Below, piece after piece: positions 9,828-18,150 of a stretch of DNA of 63,879 nucleotides; within the stretch, counting starts at the first letter, position 1; each line of letters opens with the position of its first letter. The position numbers were made by a program, and so were the translations under genes. The notes under the pieces are model-generated. The model had not been told where the DNA came from. It was given only the letters and a program-made list of their open reading frames with translations, and did no database searches. The stretch is from a virus. Lineage: Duplodnaviria; Caudoviricetes. The stretch lies in IMG/VR virus record IMGVR_UViG_3300010376_000007, positions 1 to 63,879 of that record; one strand, given 5' to 3'.

Positions 9828-9982
9828 GCGCGTCTCCAGTACGGGTGGCGGTCGTAGCCGCCAGGGCAGTCCCTGAGCCAGACCCGGAGCAGAGCGTAGA
9901 TCGAGTCGAGCAGCCAGTCACGGTGGCGCCAGACCGGTCGCTCCGTGCGGTGCAGCGTCGTCAGGTTCACCGGGCGCGGCAT
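9824..9982 (-). CDS. Hypothetical protein (52 aa)
   Basis: Fills the gap in the coupled late operon; MPRPVNLTTLHRTERP... Confidence 0.45.
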   Translation of the reverse strand: MPRPVNLTTLHRTERPVWRHRDWLLDSIYALLRVWLRDCPGGYDRHPYWRRA

Positions 9983-9984
9983 GG

Positions 9985-10209
9985 CTAGACTCTATAGCGC
10001 TTGCCGTCGAGCGCGATGGCGGCGTTGACCCACATGCGCGCCTCCTGCAGCTTGCGGACCCCGAGCGTGCGCTCCGCGCTCTCGGGCGCGTGGCCCAGGA
10101 TGGCGTCGTAGGCGATGCGCATCGCCTCCGAGATGGCGCGATAGTGGGCGATGGTCACCGGGTCGTCGGTGCCGATGTAGTCCATCGGGTGGGGGATGTC
10201 TTCGGTCAT
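9985..10209 (-). CDS. Acb2/Tad1-like helical-hairpin protein (candidate cyclic-nucleotide sponge)
   Basis: 74 aa; APESAERTLGVRKLQEARMWVNAAIA matches the family pattern P.sRE.sLA.tKLeEA.MW.N.aIA. Confidence 0.7.
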   Translation of the reverse strand: MTEDIPHPMDYIGTDDPVTIAHYRAISEAMRIAYDAILGHAPESAERTLGVRKLQEARMWVNAAIALDGKRYRV

Positions 10210-10439
10210 CGCTTCTTGTCGTTGCCCATGCCGAACTTGGCCCTGACCTTGGCGCGCACAGTAGCTTTCTCGGCGGGGGTGCCGTGCTGCGCCACCCTGC
10301 TCAAGGCCGCCTGGCCGTGAGTGCGGTCCGGGATCGGATAGCTGCCGGAGCCCTTGCCAGACTTTCCCTCGCCTTTACCCGGCAACGCAAACGAGGAACT
10401 GGGCAGCTTCTGGCGCTGGGCGGCTTTGAGCTTCGCCAT
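10206..10439 (-). CDS. Small basic protein, DUF6582-like
   Basis: LPSSSFALP...YPIPDRTHGQAALSRVAQHG pattern recalled from phage head-region proteins. Confidence 0.6.
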   Translation of the reverse strand: MAKLKAAQRQKLPSSSFALPGKGEGKSGKGSGSYPIPDRTHGQAALSRVAQHGTPAEKATVRAKVRAKFGMGNDKKR

Positions 10440-10645
10440 CAGCGCGGGAAGGGGCCGGAGCCTTTGGGGTTGCGCTTGTTGGCCGCGTGCCCCGCACCCA
10501 CGGGCTTGTCGGGCTTGAGCCCGAATTTCCTGTCCAGCGCCAGGTCTTTCTTGGAGCCCTCCTTGATGCCGCGCTTCTTATCGAGCGCGGTGTCCCGGGC
10601 TTCGGTCATCTTGGTTTTCTTTCTGAACTGGGGCGGCAGAGCCAT
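10439..10645 (-). CDS. Small Lys/Arg-rich protein
   Basis: AAAGGA RBS; internal repeat D.ALD(K/R)K.G(I/L)K. Confidence 0.65.
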   Translation of the reverse strand: MALPPQFRKKTKMTEARDTALDKKRGIKEGSKKDLALDRKFGLKPDKPVGAGHAANKRNPKGSGPFPR

Positions 10646-10657
10646 GCTGAGTCCTTT

Positions 10658-11347
10658 CTATGCTGCGGTGCCGACGCCCTCCAGGGCGCGGCGTACGTCG
10701 CCAACGATACGCTGCCAGAGTTCCGGATAGGTGACGGCCACGTGGCGCTCCATGATGCCCATCAGCACCTCGGCCACGGCCTGGGCTTCCTTGGAGACCG
10801 CCTCGGTGCGCGTGGCCTCGGTGAAGCGCTGCAGTTGATTGACGAAGCTGAGCAGGGAGGCGTTGGTCTGGTTGTACTCGGACTGGTTGAAATCCCTGCC
10901 GGAAGCCTCCATCTGGCGTAGCCTGATGGTGAGCCCGGCGACCCGCTCGCACAGGAGCTTGTATTGCGGGCCACCCTGCTCGTACTGGGCGTCGAAGTCG
11001 TGGAGCATCTGCTGGTACTGCGCCTCCCAGACCTGGGTTCTGGGTAGCTCCAGCCTGGCCCGCCTGAATTTTTCGCCCAGATCCTGCGCCTGCTGAGAGA
11101 TCTCGTACCAGCGCCGATAGGCGTTGCGCAGTTCCTTGCGCGCGTTCTCCAGAAGGTCGGGGTCGGTCACCGGGTCGATGTCGTCGGCCACCCGCGCGCA
11201 GTCCTGCCACTCTTCCCTGGCACGTTGTTCGGCCTCGATGACCAGCGTGAGGCGGACCTCCGGGTCCAGGGCAGGGTTCTGAAGGATCTCCGGGAGGCTG
11301 TGCTCAGGTTGGGGGTCGGGGCCTGGCGGGAAGTTGATGACCGACAT
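10658..11347 (-). CDS. Helical protein, first gene of the late operon; candidate terminase small subunit
   Basis: Likely start ATG 11347 with TGGTATCCT 7 nt upstream (leaderless-type); function inferred from position only. Confidence 0.45.
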   Translation of the reverse strand: MSVINFPPGPDPQPEHSLPEILQNPALDPEVRLTLVIEAEQRAREEWQDCARVADDIDPVTDPDLLENARKELRNAYRRWYEISQQAQDLGEKFRRARLELPRTQVWEAQYQQMLHDFDAQYEQGGPQYKLLCERVAGLTIRLRQMEASGRDFNQSEYNQTNASLLSFVNQLQRFTEATRTEAVSKEAQAVAEVLMGIMERHVAVTYPELWQRIVGDVRRALEGVGTAA

Positions 11348-11524
11348 CGGGATGAGGATACCACCAGTGTCACGGGCACGAAACTTGACACTGTTAGAGG
11401 TGATGTTGTACCAGTTAGGACGCCCTCCCGGTGGGCAGGCTCCCCGAAGATGGCCACATCTGCACGCGAGCTTCCGGGAGAGGGCGTGGTAACTGTGAAG
11501 AGACGGGAGAAAAGAGCACACGGC

Positions 11525-11728
11525 ATGTCGATACGTCGAGGATCCCTTAAGGGGATGGAGGAGTTGGACACCCTGGAAGCCGCCGCGCTGCTGGAGGATT
11601 ACGCGGCGGGCAAGCGCCGCGACCACTGCAGCCGGCAGGACTTTGCCGCCGGGTGGCGAGCGGCTAAACTGAGGTTCGAGCAGGAGCACCAGAGCCCAGG
11701 CAGGGCCAAACTGAAACTCGCCGTCTGA
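11525..11728 (+). CDS. Hypothetical protein
   Basis: ORF downstream of TTGACA at 11385. Confidence 0.5.
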   Translation: MSIRRGSLKGMEELDTLEAAALLEDYAAGKRRDHCSRQDFAAGWRAAKLRFEQEHQSPGRAKLKLAV

Positions 11729-11738
11729 GTACGAAAAC

Positions 11739-11768
11739 TTGACAACAACTTTCCGGTTCTGGTAAGCT
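11739..11768 (+). promoter_or_regulatory. Sigma70/SigA-type promoter
   Basis: TTGACA-N18-TAAGCT. Confidence 0.7.
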
Positions 11769-11797
11769 TTCAGTGTTGGAAAGGAGTATGTCAAAAC

Positions 11798-12586
11798 ATG
11801 CTCAGAAAAACGAAAGACGGCGGCTTCGAGCGCCAGGACTCGGAGGGCAAGTGGGTTCCAGTGAGCGCCGACGAGGCCAGGGCTGCTTCCTCAGTCGGGG
11901 TCGCCCCCGAGCCCGTCGCGGAAGTCGAATCGGTTAGCTCCATGATCGACTCGCTGGTTGAGGAGATCCATTCGGGAAATGGCCAGGCTGAGGTGAGCAC
12001 AGTAGCTGAGCCTGAAGTTGTGGCACCGGCCACTGGAGAAGCTGAGACGCCCTCCTCCCAGGACGGAAATGGTGAAGAGTCGGGTAACGGCACGGTGCTG
12101 GACACCGAGTCGGTGCCGGGCGACTTCGATCTGGAGGTGCCCGGGTTGGTGTCTGGAGACTCGGGCAGATCGAGCCGGGGTTTCAAGACCGTCAGGGAGC
12201 GGCTCAAGGAAAACGCCAGGCGCAGGCGAGAGCCCAGGAAGGTCGAAGTCTCAGGTAGCTCCGCGCTGGTGAGCGGCCCGGCCAAGAAGGAAGGCACCGA
12301 GAAGCGGCAAGCGGCCAGGGCTCAGGCCAGGTTGGAAGCGGGTAAATCGGCAGGGGATCAGGCTGTTCGCGGCCAGCGCTACGTGAACCGTCCCGCTCCC
12401 AGCCTTATGTCGGACCGCCCGAAGTGGGTGCAGGATCTGTTCGAGGCCCACTTCCGGTCGGAATATACGTTAGGTCTTCGTCGGCAGCACAATCGTATGA
12501 AGATCTCGCGGGCGGACTACGCCATCGGCTGGCTGACGGCGTTCGACAAGTTCCGCGAAGAGTCTTCTCTGCTCCGGCTGAAATAG
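11798..12586 (+). CDS. Hypothetical protein (acidic N-terminus, basic C-terminus)
   Basis: AAGGAG RBS; 262 aa. Confidence 0.7.
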   Translation: MLRKTKDGGFERQDSEGKWVPVSADEARAASSVGVAPEPVAEVESVSSMIDSLVEEIHSGNGQAEVSTVAEPEVVAPATGEAETPSSQDGNGEESGNGTVLDTESVPGDFDLEVPGLVSGDSGRSSRGFKTVRERLKENARRRREPRKVEVSGSSALVSGPAKKEGTEKRQAARAQARLEAGKSAGDQAVRGQRYVNRPAPSLMSDRPKWVQDLFEAHFRSEYTLGLRRQHNRMKISRADYAIGWLTAFDKFREESSLLRLK

Positions 12587-12602
12587 AAAAACTCGAAGTC
12601 GG

Positions 12603-12896
12603 GTGAGTGAAAGCACAGTAGGGGGGGAGTGGGTTACCCTCCCTCTCTCTGAGTTCGAGCGGCTGCACGAGGAGATCCGTCGGCTGGAGATTGAAGTCCG
12701 AGAGGTCAAGATAGCGGCCGGGCACAGGTGGTGTGAGGAGACGATCTACCGGCTCAAGCAGGAGAAGAAAGAGCTAGAGGTTGAGGTAGCCGGGTATCGG
12801 TGGGGAGAGTCGAACGCCATAGCTGAGTCGCATCTGGAGGGCTACGAGGGGGAGCTTGAGGACGACGATGGGGGCCACGAGAGCAGCCGTGATTGA
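12603..12896 (+). CDS. Coiled-coil hypothetical protein
   Basis: Heptad-like E/L pattern. Confidence 0.55.
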   Translation: MSESTVGGEWVTLPLSEFERLHEEIRRLEIEVREVKIAAGHRWCEETIYRLKQEKKELEVEVAGYRWGESNAIAESHLEGYEGELEDDDGGHESSRD

Positions 12897-13309
12897 ACAT
12901 GATTGAGGAAAATGACTGGGAAGAGTCGAGCCTGGCATCGCCACACGAATCTTCGGTGCCGGAGTTGCCGGGAAGTGGTGTGGAGCACAGCAGTGTGCGT
13001 AAGCCGGAAGTCGAAATCGTCATGCCCGGTAGTGGGGGCCGTAGTCTGTCTCCAGTGTCGATTGGCGGGGGCGGGGTCGAGATTCGAGGAGAGGCCGCAG
13101 CGCTGATCGTGGAGATCCTCGACGATTGGATCCGGGCTCGTAACCGGCGCATCGAGTTCATCCGCCGGGGGGAGATGGACGCGGCGTCGAGGCGAGCAAT
13201 AGCCGAGATCCATCGGAAGACCGGACTGGTATACCGGGTACTGCAGGCGTGGGAGGGGGTCCTGTCTGTTTCGGGGAAAGAAGATACCCGGCCCAATCCC
13301 GAGCCTTGA
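12893..13309 (+). CDS. Hypothetical protein
   Basis: Overlaps the previous stop; 138 aa. Confidence 0.5.
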   Translation: MNMIEENDWEESSLASPHESSVPELPGSGVEHSSVRKPEVEIVMPGSGGRSLSPVSIGGGGVEIRGEAAALIVEILDDWIRARNRRIEFIRRGEMDAASRRAIAEIHRKTGLVYRVLQAWEGVLSVSGKEDTRPNPEP

Positions 13310-13620
13310 ACCGCACCGAACAGTCACCCTTCCGTTGCATAGCACCATAGGGGGCTAGCCCCCCATGGCGATGATGCGCGACGTTGGGCTCGTCCACGTA
13401 TCGTGGGTGACCCAGCGCACGCGCTCGCGCGCGTAGCGCTGGGCCAGCCCACGTAAGGGACGCGTAAGCGCCCACCTCACCTCTATCCCTACCCGGGCGC
13501 GTTGCGCCCTGCGCGCACCATGCCAGTACCCCGCGTGGTCCCCCGCAGCACATGCCTGTGCGAGTTGGCGAGGGGCGTCCCGCCCCCACACCCCCTGGAA
13601 CTGGGGTTCTTGCTGCGCGC

Positions 13621-13822
13621 GCTCCTTCCTCGCGGCTCATGCATGCGCTGGCTTTCGGGGTCTAGCCCAGCACTGCGGTGTCGTCAAGGGCTCCGCAACA
13701 AATCGTGCGCTACGCGCACCGCCCGCAAGGGGCTCGATTTGTTACGTCGCTGATCCTTGACGCCATCCTCGCGCCGGGCTTTTCCGACCCCGCCAGCGCA
13801 AGCTGAGCCACAAGAAAGGAGC
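13621..13822. promoter_or_regulatory. ~200-nt imperfect inverted repeat with a branched tip, Frpo/ssi-like single-stranded promoter candidate
   Basis: Nested pairings GGCTCA/TGAGCC, TGCGCTGG/CCAGCGCA, CGGGGTC/GACCCCG, AGCCC/GGGCT, CGTCAAGG/CCTTGACG, AACAAATCG/CGATTTGTT. Confidence 0.6.
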
Positions 13823-13831
13823 ACTGCCACT

Positions 13832-14242
13832 ATGGCTTCTGCTCTCGACAAACTCTTCGACGGTGCCGCGTCACCTGTCGCCCGCGACCTGAAGGTCGTT
13901 GCCTCTTTCAAAGCTGACGTAAAGCGCGACAGCAAGGGCAACGCGGGCTTCAGCATCCGCCCAGTCCTCTCGGACGGCAGCGAGGGTCGCTTCGGTGACA
14001 TGTGGATCCGGCTGGCCGAGGGCCCGGACACGCTGCGTGCGTTCGCCGCCTCGCTGCCGCAGATCTACGCGGCGATCCAGAAGCTCGACGCCTACATGGT
14101 CGAGGCGGGCGAGTGGAAGGCCGCGCCGAAGGCAGCCCAGCCTGAAGCAAAGCCGGCTGCCAAGCCAGCCGCGCCAGCCAAGCCGGCTCCGAAGCCCGCG
14201 CCTGCGCCGGCGAAGGACATCTTCGACGATCTCCCGTTCTGA
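13832..14242 (+). CDS. Early protein with PAK-rich linker and SSB-type acidic tail
   Basis: AAGGAG RBS; ends KDIFDDLPF. Confidence 0.75.
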   Translation: MASALDKLFDGAASPVARDLKVVASFKADVKRDSKGNAGFSIRPVLSDGSEGRFGDMWIRLAEGPDTLRAFAASLPQIYAAIQKLDAYMVEAGEWKAAPKAAQPEAKPAAKPAAPAKPAPKPAPAPAKDIFDDLPF

Positions 14243-14320
14243 CGGGTGATCACGCTCTGGGGCTGGCCGCGCAAGCGGTCAGCCACCGTTCCATCCACGA
14301 AAGGTGAGGCCGAATCTCAC

Positions 14321-14701
14321 ATGGATACTACTCCATCTTGGGTCGCTGAGACCCGCAAGCAGATCGACGACGTGCGCGCCTGGCTGGCCGACATCGAGTC
14401 CAAGCTGGACCGCTTCAGCACATCAGTTGGCAAGCTGCCGACGCTGACCGTCGACGAGATGGTCGCGGCTGCCGAATCTGCCACGACCGTGCAGAAGGCG
14501 CTTGAGCGCGAGCTTGGCATCGACCGCCGCACCGTGCTGGCCAAAGCCGAGCGGCTGGTCAAAGCACATGGTCTCGATGCCAAGATGCCGGACTGGTCGA
14601 CCAACGTCCGGCTGTGGAAGTACCTGGCCGAACGGCAGCCGTCCGGCAACATCCGCCTGATCGACGGGTTGTTCGCCCTGAAGAGCGAGGTCGCGGCGTG
14701 A
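14321..14701 (+). CDS. Hypothetical protein
   Basis: AGGTGAGG RBS, preceded by a GCAA-tetraloop hairpin (~14258-14284). Confidence 0.7.
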   Translation: MDTTPSWVAETRKQIDDVRAWLADIESKLDRFSTSVGKLPTLTVDEMVAAAESATTVQKALERELGIDRRTVLAKAERLVKAHGLDAKMPDWSTNVRLWKYLAERQPSGNIRLIDGLFALKSEVAA

Positions 14702-14844
14702 GCCGCGATACTCGCGCCTCCGTCCCCTTCAAGCGCACGCGCAACGCCGGCTATCTGCAGGCCAAGCGCCGGCTCGCTGACAAGGAGCAGCGCGCCTTCG
14801 ACAGGCAGGCCAAGCGCCTGGTGACCTGGGGCCGCAGCCGCTAA
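14698..14844 (+). CDS. Small Arg-rich protein
   Basis: GTGA overlap with the previous stop. Confidence 0.5.
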   Translation: MSRDTRASVPFKRTRNAGYLQAKRRLADKEQRAFDRQAKRLVTWGRSR

Positions 14845-14909
14845 CGTAATCGCCAGCAGGGCGGGCAAACGTGTCCGCCTTGCTTAGCTTCCTTGAGGAG
14901 GAACAGCAC

Positions 14910-15173
14910 ATGCTTGGAGTTATCCTGCTGGGCGTCGCCGCATGCATCATCGGGGCCGCGCTCGCGGCCCTCAACGACGCGCTCACGCTCTGGTGGCTGC
15001 GCAGGCAAAAGCCTGCGCCGAAGCCATCCGGCTTCGAGAAACGCCGCGTCTGGACGATGGCCTGCCGCTTTGACCAGCCGCATCCAGCACATCGTTGGCG
15101 CAGATCGGCCTGGAACGCAGGCCACGTACCGACCAGCCACCCGAACTGGTGCCCTGGCTGCCCGCCGCGCTAA
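14910..15173 (+). CDS. Membrane-anchored protein with C-terminal Cys/His motif
   Basis: CCTTGAGGAGG RBS; N-terminal hydrophobic helix; C..HPAH...WCPG. Confidence 0.65.
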   Translation: MLGVILLGVAACIIGAALAALNDALTLWWLRRQKPAPKPSGFEKRRVWTMACRFDQPHPAHRWRRSAWNAGHVPTSHPNWCPGCPPR

Positions 15174-15289
15174 CGCGCGGCTCGGCAGGGTGGCCAGGCT
15201 GTTTCGAGCCGACGGTTCTGCCTTGGCCTGATTCGGCCGTCTTTAGGCTTGAATCCGGCCCGGAATGTGCCCGGCTGAATCCAGTAGCT

Positions 15290-15360
15290 AATCTAATTCA
15301 GCCTTGTCGTGTCTAAGCCATACTTTGTCTTGTAAGACGCTAAGAACGCTGAATTAGATT
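15290..15360. repeat. Perfect 13-bp inverted repeat in a lower-GC non-coding region
   Basis: AATCTAATTCAGC (15290-15302) and GCTGAATTAGATT (15348-15360). Confidence 0.85.
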
Positions 15361-15613
15361 GCAAATGCCCGGGTAGCGCGTTACCTACCGGTATACGCTT
15401 GAATGGGTTGGTAACATAGCATCCGGCGGTAGTAATCGACGTAGAAGCGTAAAACCCAAAATGCCGGTATCCGGTGTAATGTTATGTCAAGCTAGGGCAC
15501 GGATAGGCCTCGTCAAGCGTTTACGGTTGCATCGCGTTACCAACTTCGGCAACCAAGCGTTACAAGACTGTGGGTTGCTAACGTGTTGCACGTTAGTGTA
15601 TGATGCTGATGAC

Positions 15614-16744
15614 ATGAAACCAAGCCCGCTTAGCTGGATCGACCTCAGCACGATACCCAGATGGTCACCGCTCGAACTCGCTTTCCACCGCCGGGGCGTC
15701 ACTCTCGACGATGGCGTCATCCGCTCTGATCGCGTGCGGCTATCCGAAAAGGACGCAGAGCTTGGCGCCTACCTGTACCTGGGCAACTTCTACGACGTGG
15801 GCGCGACAGAGTCCCTGGCCTCCGACTATTACCCTGAGAACAACTTCACCCCGGATCAGATCCGGTTCAACGAGACGATCTGGGCGCAGTACCACGGTGA
15901 GGCCACTGACGACCAGCGCGCTCTGGCTATCCTGTGCTCGTACAACGCCCTGGATAAGCGCGCCCAGTACCGGGCTCAACTTGGCCAAGCCATCAAAAGC
16001 GCCGGCGCCGACATCGAGAGAGTCGTGCGGCTCAATCAGGAGTTGTCGGTCTGGCAGGCACTGGATATGGCCGACGTGACCAACTACATCTCGAAGTATC
16101 TGGGTCCCATCCAGACGCTACTTGAAGACCGGCACGGCCACTGGGTTTGGCCTGAGCCGCCGCATCCACGCAAGCGCCCGGCGATCAACTGGCACGGGCA
16201 CAAAGGCGTACCGGTATACAAGATGCTCTGGCCGCTGGTGTTCCCAGACGATCCACTACCTGTGCGCAGCCAGAAGCGAGCCATCAAGCGCGAGGCCGTG
16301 TGCAACGACATCGAGTTCCGGCAGTGCGTCAACCCAATGCACTACGAGACGGTCGAGCCGTGGACGTGGATGCCTGGCGGCAAGCGCGGCAGGCACACCG
16401 ACATCAAGACCGGGCGCTCGCTCAAGTGGACATACATCGACAACGTCAAGCTAGTCAACGGCGAGGCGCTGCTGCACTGTCCCGCGTGCAACGCGGTTGC
16501 CTCGTCGGACTTCCAAGCACAGGTGGCTGCCGGGGTGGTGGCTGGCACGATGCGCTGCCAGGCGTGCATCGACCGCTGGAAGAAGGCCAACGGATTCCGC
16601 AAGGTGCGCACCGGGCGCAAGGCTATTCCCAACGACGAACGCAGCATCGAGGACATCGAGTTCGAGCGGGAGATCATTCGAGAGTTCAGCAAGGCTGAGC
16701 ACTGGGATCCGTTCGAGACTAGCAATCCGGACGATCCCGCGTAG
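15614..16744 (+). CDS. Hypothetical protein with degenerate HNH-like motif and C-terminal zinc ribbon
   Basis: VCNDIEFRQCVNPMHYE; CPAC...CQAC; TATGAT just upstream of ATG 15614. Confidence 0.65.
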   Translation: MKPSPLSWIDLSTIPRWSPLELAFHRRGVTLDDGVIRSDRVRLSEKDAELGAYLYLGNFYDVGATESLASDYYPENNFTPDQIRFNETIWAQYHGEATDDQRALAILCSYNALDKRAQYRAQLGQAIKSAGADIERVVRLNQELSVWQALDMADVTNYISKYLGPIQTLLEDRHGHWVWPEPPHPRKRPAINWHGHKGVPVYKMLWPLVFPDDPLPVRSQKRAIKREAVCNDIEFRQCVNPMHYETVEPWTWMPGGKRGRHTDIKTGRSLKWTYIDNVKLVNGEALLHCPACNAVASSDFQAQVAAGVVAGTMRCQACIDRWKKANGFRKVRTGRKAIPNDERSIEDIEFEREIIREFSKAEHWDPFETSNPDDPA

Positions 16745-16761
16745 ATAGGTGTTGTGAAAAC

Positions 16762-16791
16762 TTGACATTCTCCGCCGCTCCTTGGTAGAGT
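16762..16791 (+). promoter_or_regulatory. Sigma70/SigA-type promoter
   Basis: TTGACA-N18-TAGAGT. Confidence 0.75.
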
Positions 16792-16841
16792 GATGGGGCC
16801 AGTGAAACCACTGAGCCCACATCCTTGAGGAGGATGCAGAG

Positions 16842-17006
16842 ATGTTCGGATTCAAGCGCAAACCAAAGCCGCCGTTCGACTGGGCGAGCTACGACAGGAT
16901 CACGGGTCAGCAGCGCATCGCAAACTGGGAGCGGATGAAGCGCGAGGGCGAGGCGTACCGCATCACCACCGAAGCCGCCAAGCGGACGCCGCCATGCCAG
17001 AGCTAA
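16842..17006 (+). CDS. Small hypothetical protein (54 aa)
   Basis: CCTTGAGGAGG RBS; MFGFKRKPKPPFDWASYD... Confidence 0.6.
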   Translation: MFGFKRKPKPPFDWASYDRITGQQRIANWERMKREGEAYRITTEAAKRTPPCQS

Positions 17007-17338
17007 CACCCACCGAGCAGCAGGCGCTCATCGACAGCCTGCAGCACAGCTTCGGGGCGTGTACCTGCCGCACCGTCAACGGCCAGGTCATGTTCTGCGA
17101 CGGGCACCGGTTCATCGCTGAGACGCAGACCTGGGCGGGTGAACTGATGGATCGTGTCTCGATCCTGCTGGCGTACCGCCGCATGGCCAGCTTCTGGACC
17201 AGCGCCGAGTTCAGCCGTCCGTTCACCACGCTCCAACCGGAGCCCATGCTGCAGCCCGCGCCGATCCCCGAGGAGTATCTCAAAGACATCCCGGGATCAC
17301 CCCAACAGGGTGACGCGCCAGAACGATTACCCTGGTAG
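16994..17338 (+). CDS. Hypothetical protein with CxC...CxxH motif
   Basis: Track ORF overlapping the previous gene. Confidence 0.6.
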   Translation: MPELTPTEQQALIDSLQHSFGACTCRTVNGQVMFCDGHRFIAETQTWAGELMDRVSILLAYRRMASFWTSAEFSRPFTTLQPEPMLQPAPIPEEYLKDIPGSPQQGDAPERLPW

Positions 17339-17342
17339 CGCC

Positions 17343-18062
17343 ATGGCCACCAAGTCGCATGGTCGCTGCAAGATCTGCCGGGCGGTGATCCACTCGGGAC
17401 ACCGCTTCGGGATGTGCGCCAAGCATGGCCGCGAGTACTACGCCCGTCTCCAGCGCGAGCGGCAGGAAGCCAAGGCCCGCCAGCGGGCAAGACAGGACAC
17501 CGTCCTTGAGGAGGACCATCACATGAGCGAACCAGAACCAAAGCTATCAGCCGGGGCGGCGCGAGCCCAGCACGCCCGCGATGTCAGAGACGGCAAGGCC
17601 AGCGCCAGGCTGAACGACGAGCAGCGCGTCGAGATCCTCGACGCCTACACCACGACCGACGAGCCGACCGACGAGATCGCTGCCCGGTACGGCATCAAGG
17701 ACACCTACATCTACAACGTGCTGGAGAAGCTGGACATCACCTGGCGTCGCCGGGATCCGATCTCGTTCGAGACGTGGCAGGCGCAGCAGCACGTCGAGCC
17801 CGAGGTCCCCGAGCCGCAGCAGAAGGCGCTGGAGAACATGCTCGACCCAGACCATGTGCTCAAGCCCAGGCCCGAGCCGGTAGCCCCCACGCCCGCCGTC
17901 GAGCGCCGGGTACATCGCCCGTCCAACGTCGACGCTGAGATGTGGGCCATCACGGTGCAGGGCGTGATCCTGATGGAAGGCGGCGACCTCGAAGACGCCA
18001 TCCATAAAGTCAGGGTGCAGCAACCTGGGCTACGCATCATCAAGGTAGAGCTAAGCCAATAG
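17343..18062 (+). CDS. HTH DNA-binding protein with optional N-terminal Zn finger (second start at 17523)
   Basis: CKIC...CAKH; PTDEIAARYGIKDTYIYNVL HTH; strong internal RBS at 17504. Confidence 0.7.
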   Translation: MATKSHGRCKICRAVIHSGHRFGMCAKHGREYYARLQRERQEAKARQRARQDTVLEEDHHMSEPEPKLSAGAARAQHARDVRDGKASARLNDEQRVEILDAYTTTDEPTDEIAARYGIKDTYIYNVLEKLDITWRRRDPISFETWQAQQHVEPEVPEPQQKALENMLDPDHVLKPRPEPVAPTPAVERRVHRPSNVDAEMWAITVQGVILMEGGDLEDAIHKVRVQQPGLRIIKVELSQ

Positions 18063-18087
18063 CCGGCACTGCTGGGTGTTGGAAAAC

Positions 18088-18117
18088 TTGACAATCTCCA
18101 ACACCCCGTTGTACAGT
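18088..18117 (+). promoter_or_regulatory. Sigma70/SigA-type promoter with the -35 inside a 10-bp inverted repeat
   Basis: TTGACA-N18-TACAGT; GGGTGTTGGA/TCCAACACCC. Confidence 0.8.
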
Positions 18118-18150
18118 TTCACCATCAACTTTCCTTGAGGAGGAAACGCA

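Noticed and set aside
11348-11794. N-terminal extension of the 378-aa track ORF 10658..11794
   Set aside because: It overlaps divergent promoters and a plus-strand gene; ATG 11347 is the more plausible start
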